Assembly (NCBI GenBank): GCA_902773245.1
Contig: CACYDY010000236.1
Span: 1-24,864, forward strand
Reading direction: 5' to 3'
Length of the DNA: 24,864 nucleotides
Source of the DNA: an uncultured Ruminococcus sp.
GTDB taxonomy: Bacteria > Bacillota > Clostridia > Oscillospirales > Acutalibacteraceae
Shown here: positions 24,771 to 24,864 of the stretch, one piece after another
Layout: the number at the start of each line of letters is the position of its first letter
How positions within the stretch are numbered: position 1 is the stretch's first letter
The notes under the pieces: model-generated
Seen by the model: the letters and a program-made list of their open reading frames with translations, nothing else
Database searches by the model: none
Told to the model about the DNA's origin: nothing
Made by a program: the position numbers and the translations under genes

Positions 24771-24864
24771 TTTATCACTTATAAATGAGCAATTTTAAAA
24801 ATTGCTCAAAGAGTTTGAAAGAGGACAATTAAAGATTTTGCCCAGCTTTTTTCAAAAAGCTGGC
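24771..24864 (+). repeat. REP-like dispersed repeat (family 3), truncated by the window end
   Basis: ~85% identical to reverse complement of 19281-19365. Confidence 0.85.

Overview
A mostly core-chromosome window, probably from a spore-forming Clostridia/Oscillospiraceae (Ruminococcus-like) bacterium (spoIVA, gpr, sigma-A and sigma-E promoters). In order: 3' end of an unknown gene; NSS transporter-azlC-azlD operon (-); smpB and tmRNA; a ~1.3 kb decayed prophage remnant just after the tmRNA 3' end (truncated integrase with nonsense codons, a 51-aa phage-like ORF, broken scaffold-like gene); Fur/PerR regulator; HAD hydrolase plus GH13 glycosidase (-); SDR (-); a surface-polysaccharide cluster (two acyltransferase-3 genes, Stealth phosphotransferase, GT2/TagF-like polymerase); spoIVA; DUF4363/DUF421 (-); gpr (-); pyridoxal kinase; a tiny sortase-signal peptide, a degenerate Ser/Thr kinase and a PP2C phosphatase (-). 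The most unusual signals are non-coding: (1) a 3 x ~94-nt structured tandem array ending exactly at the -35 of a consensus promoter, with an inverted copy and a partial copy flanking the fur gene; (2) a ~125-bp MITE-like family with DnaA-box-like inverted ends (3-4 copies); (3) a further REP-like family; and (4) an A7 tract that puts the second acyltransferase out of frame five codons after its real start (candidate phase variation). All family assignments come from motif recognition by eye; no database searches were run.
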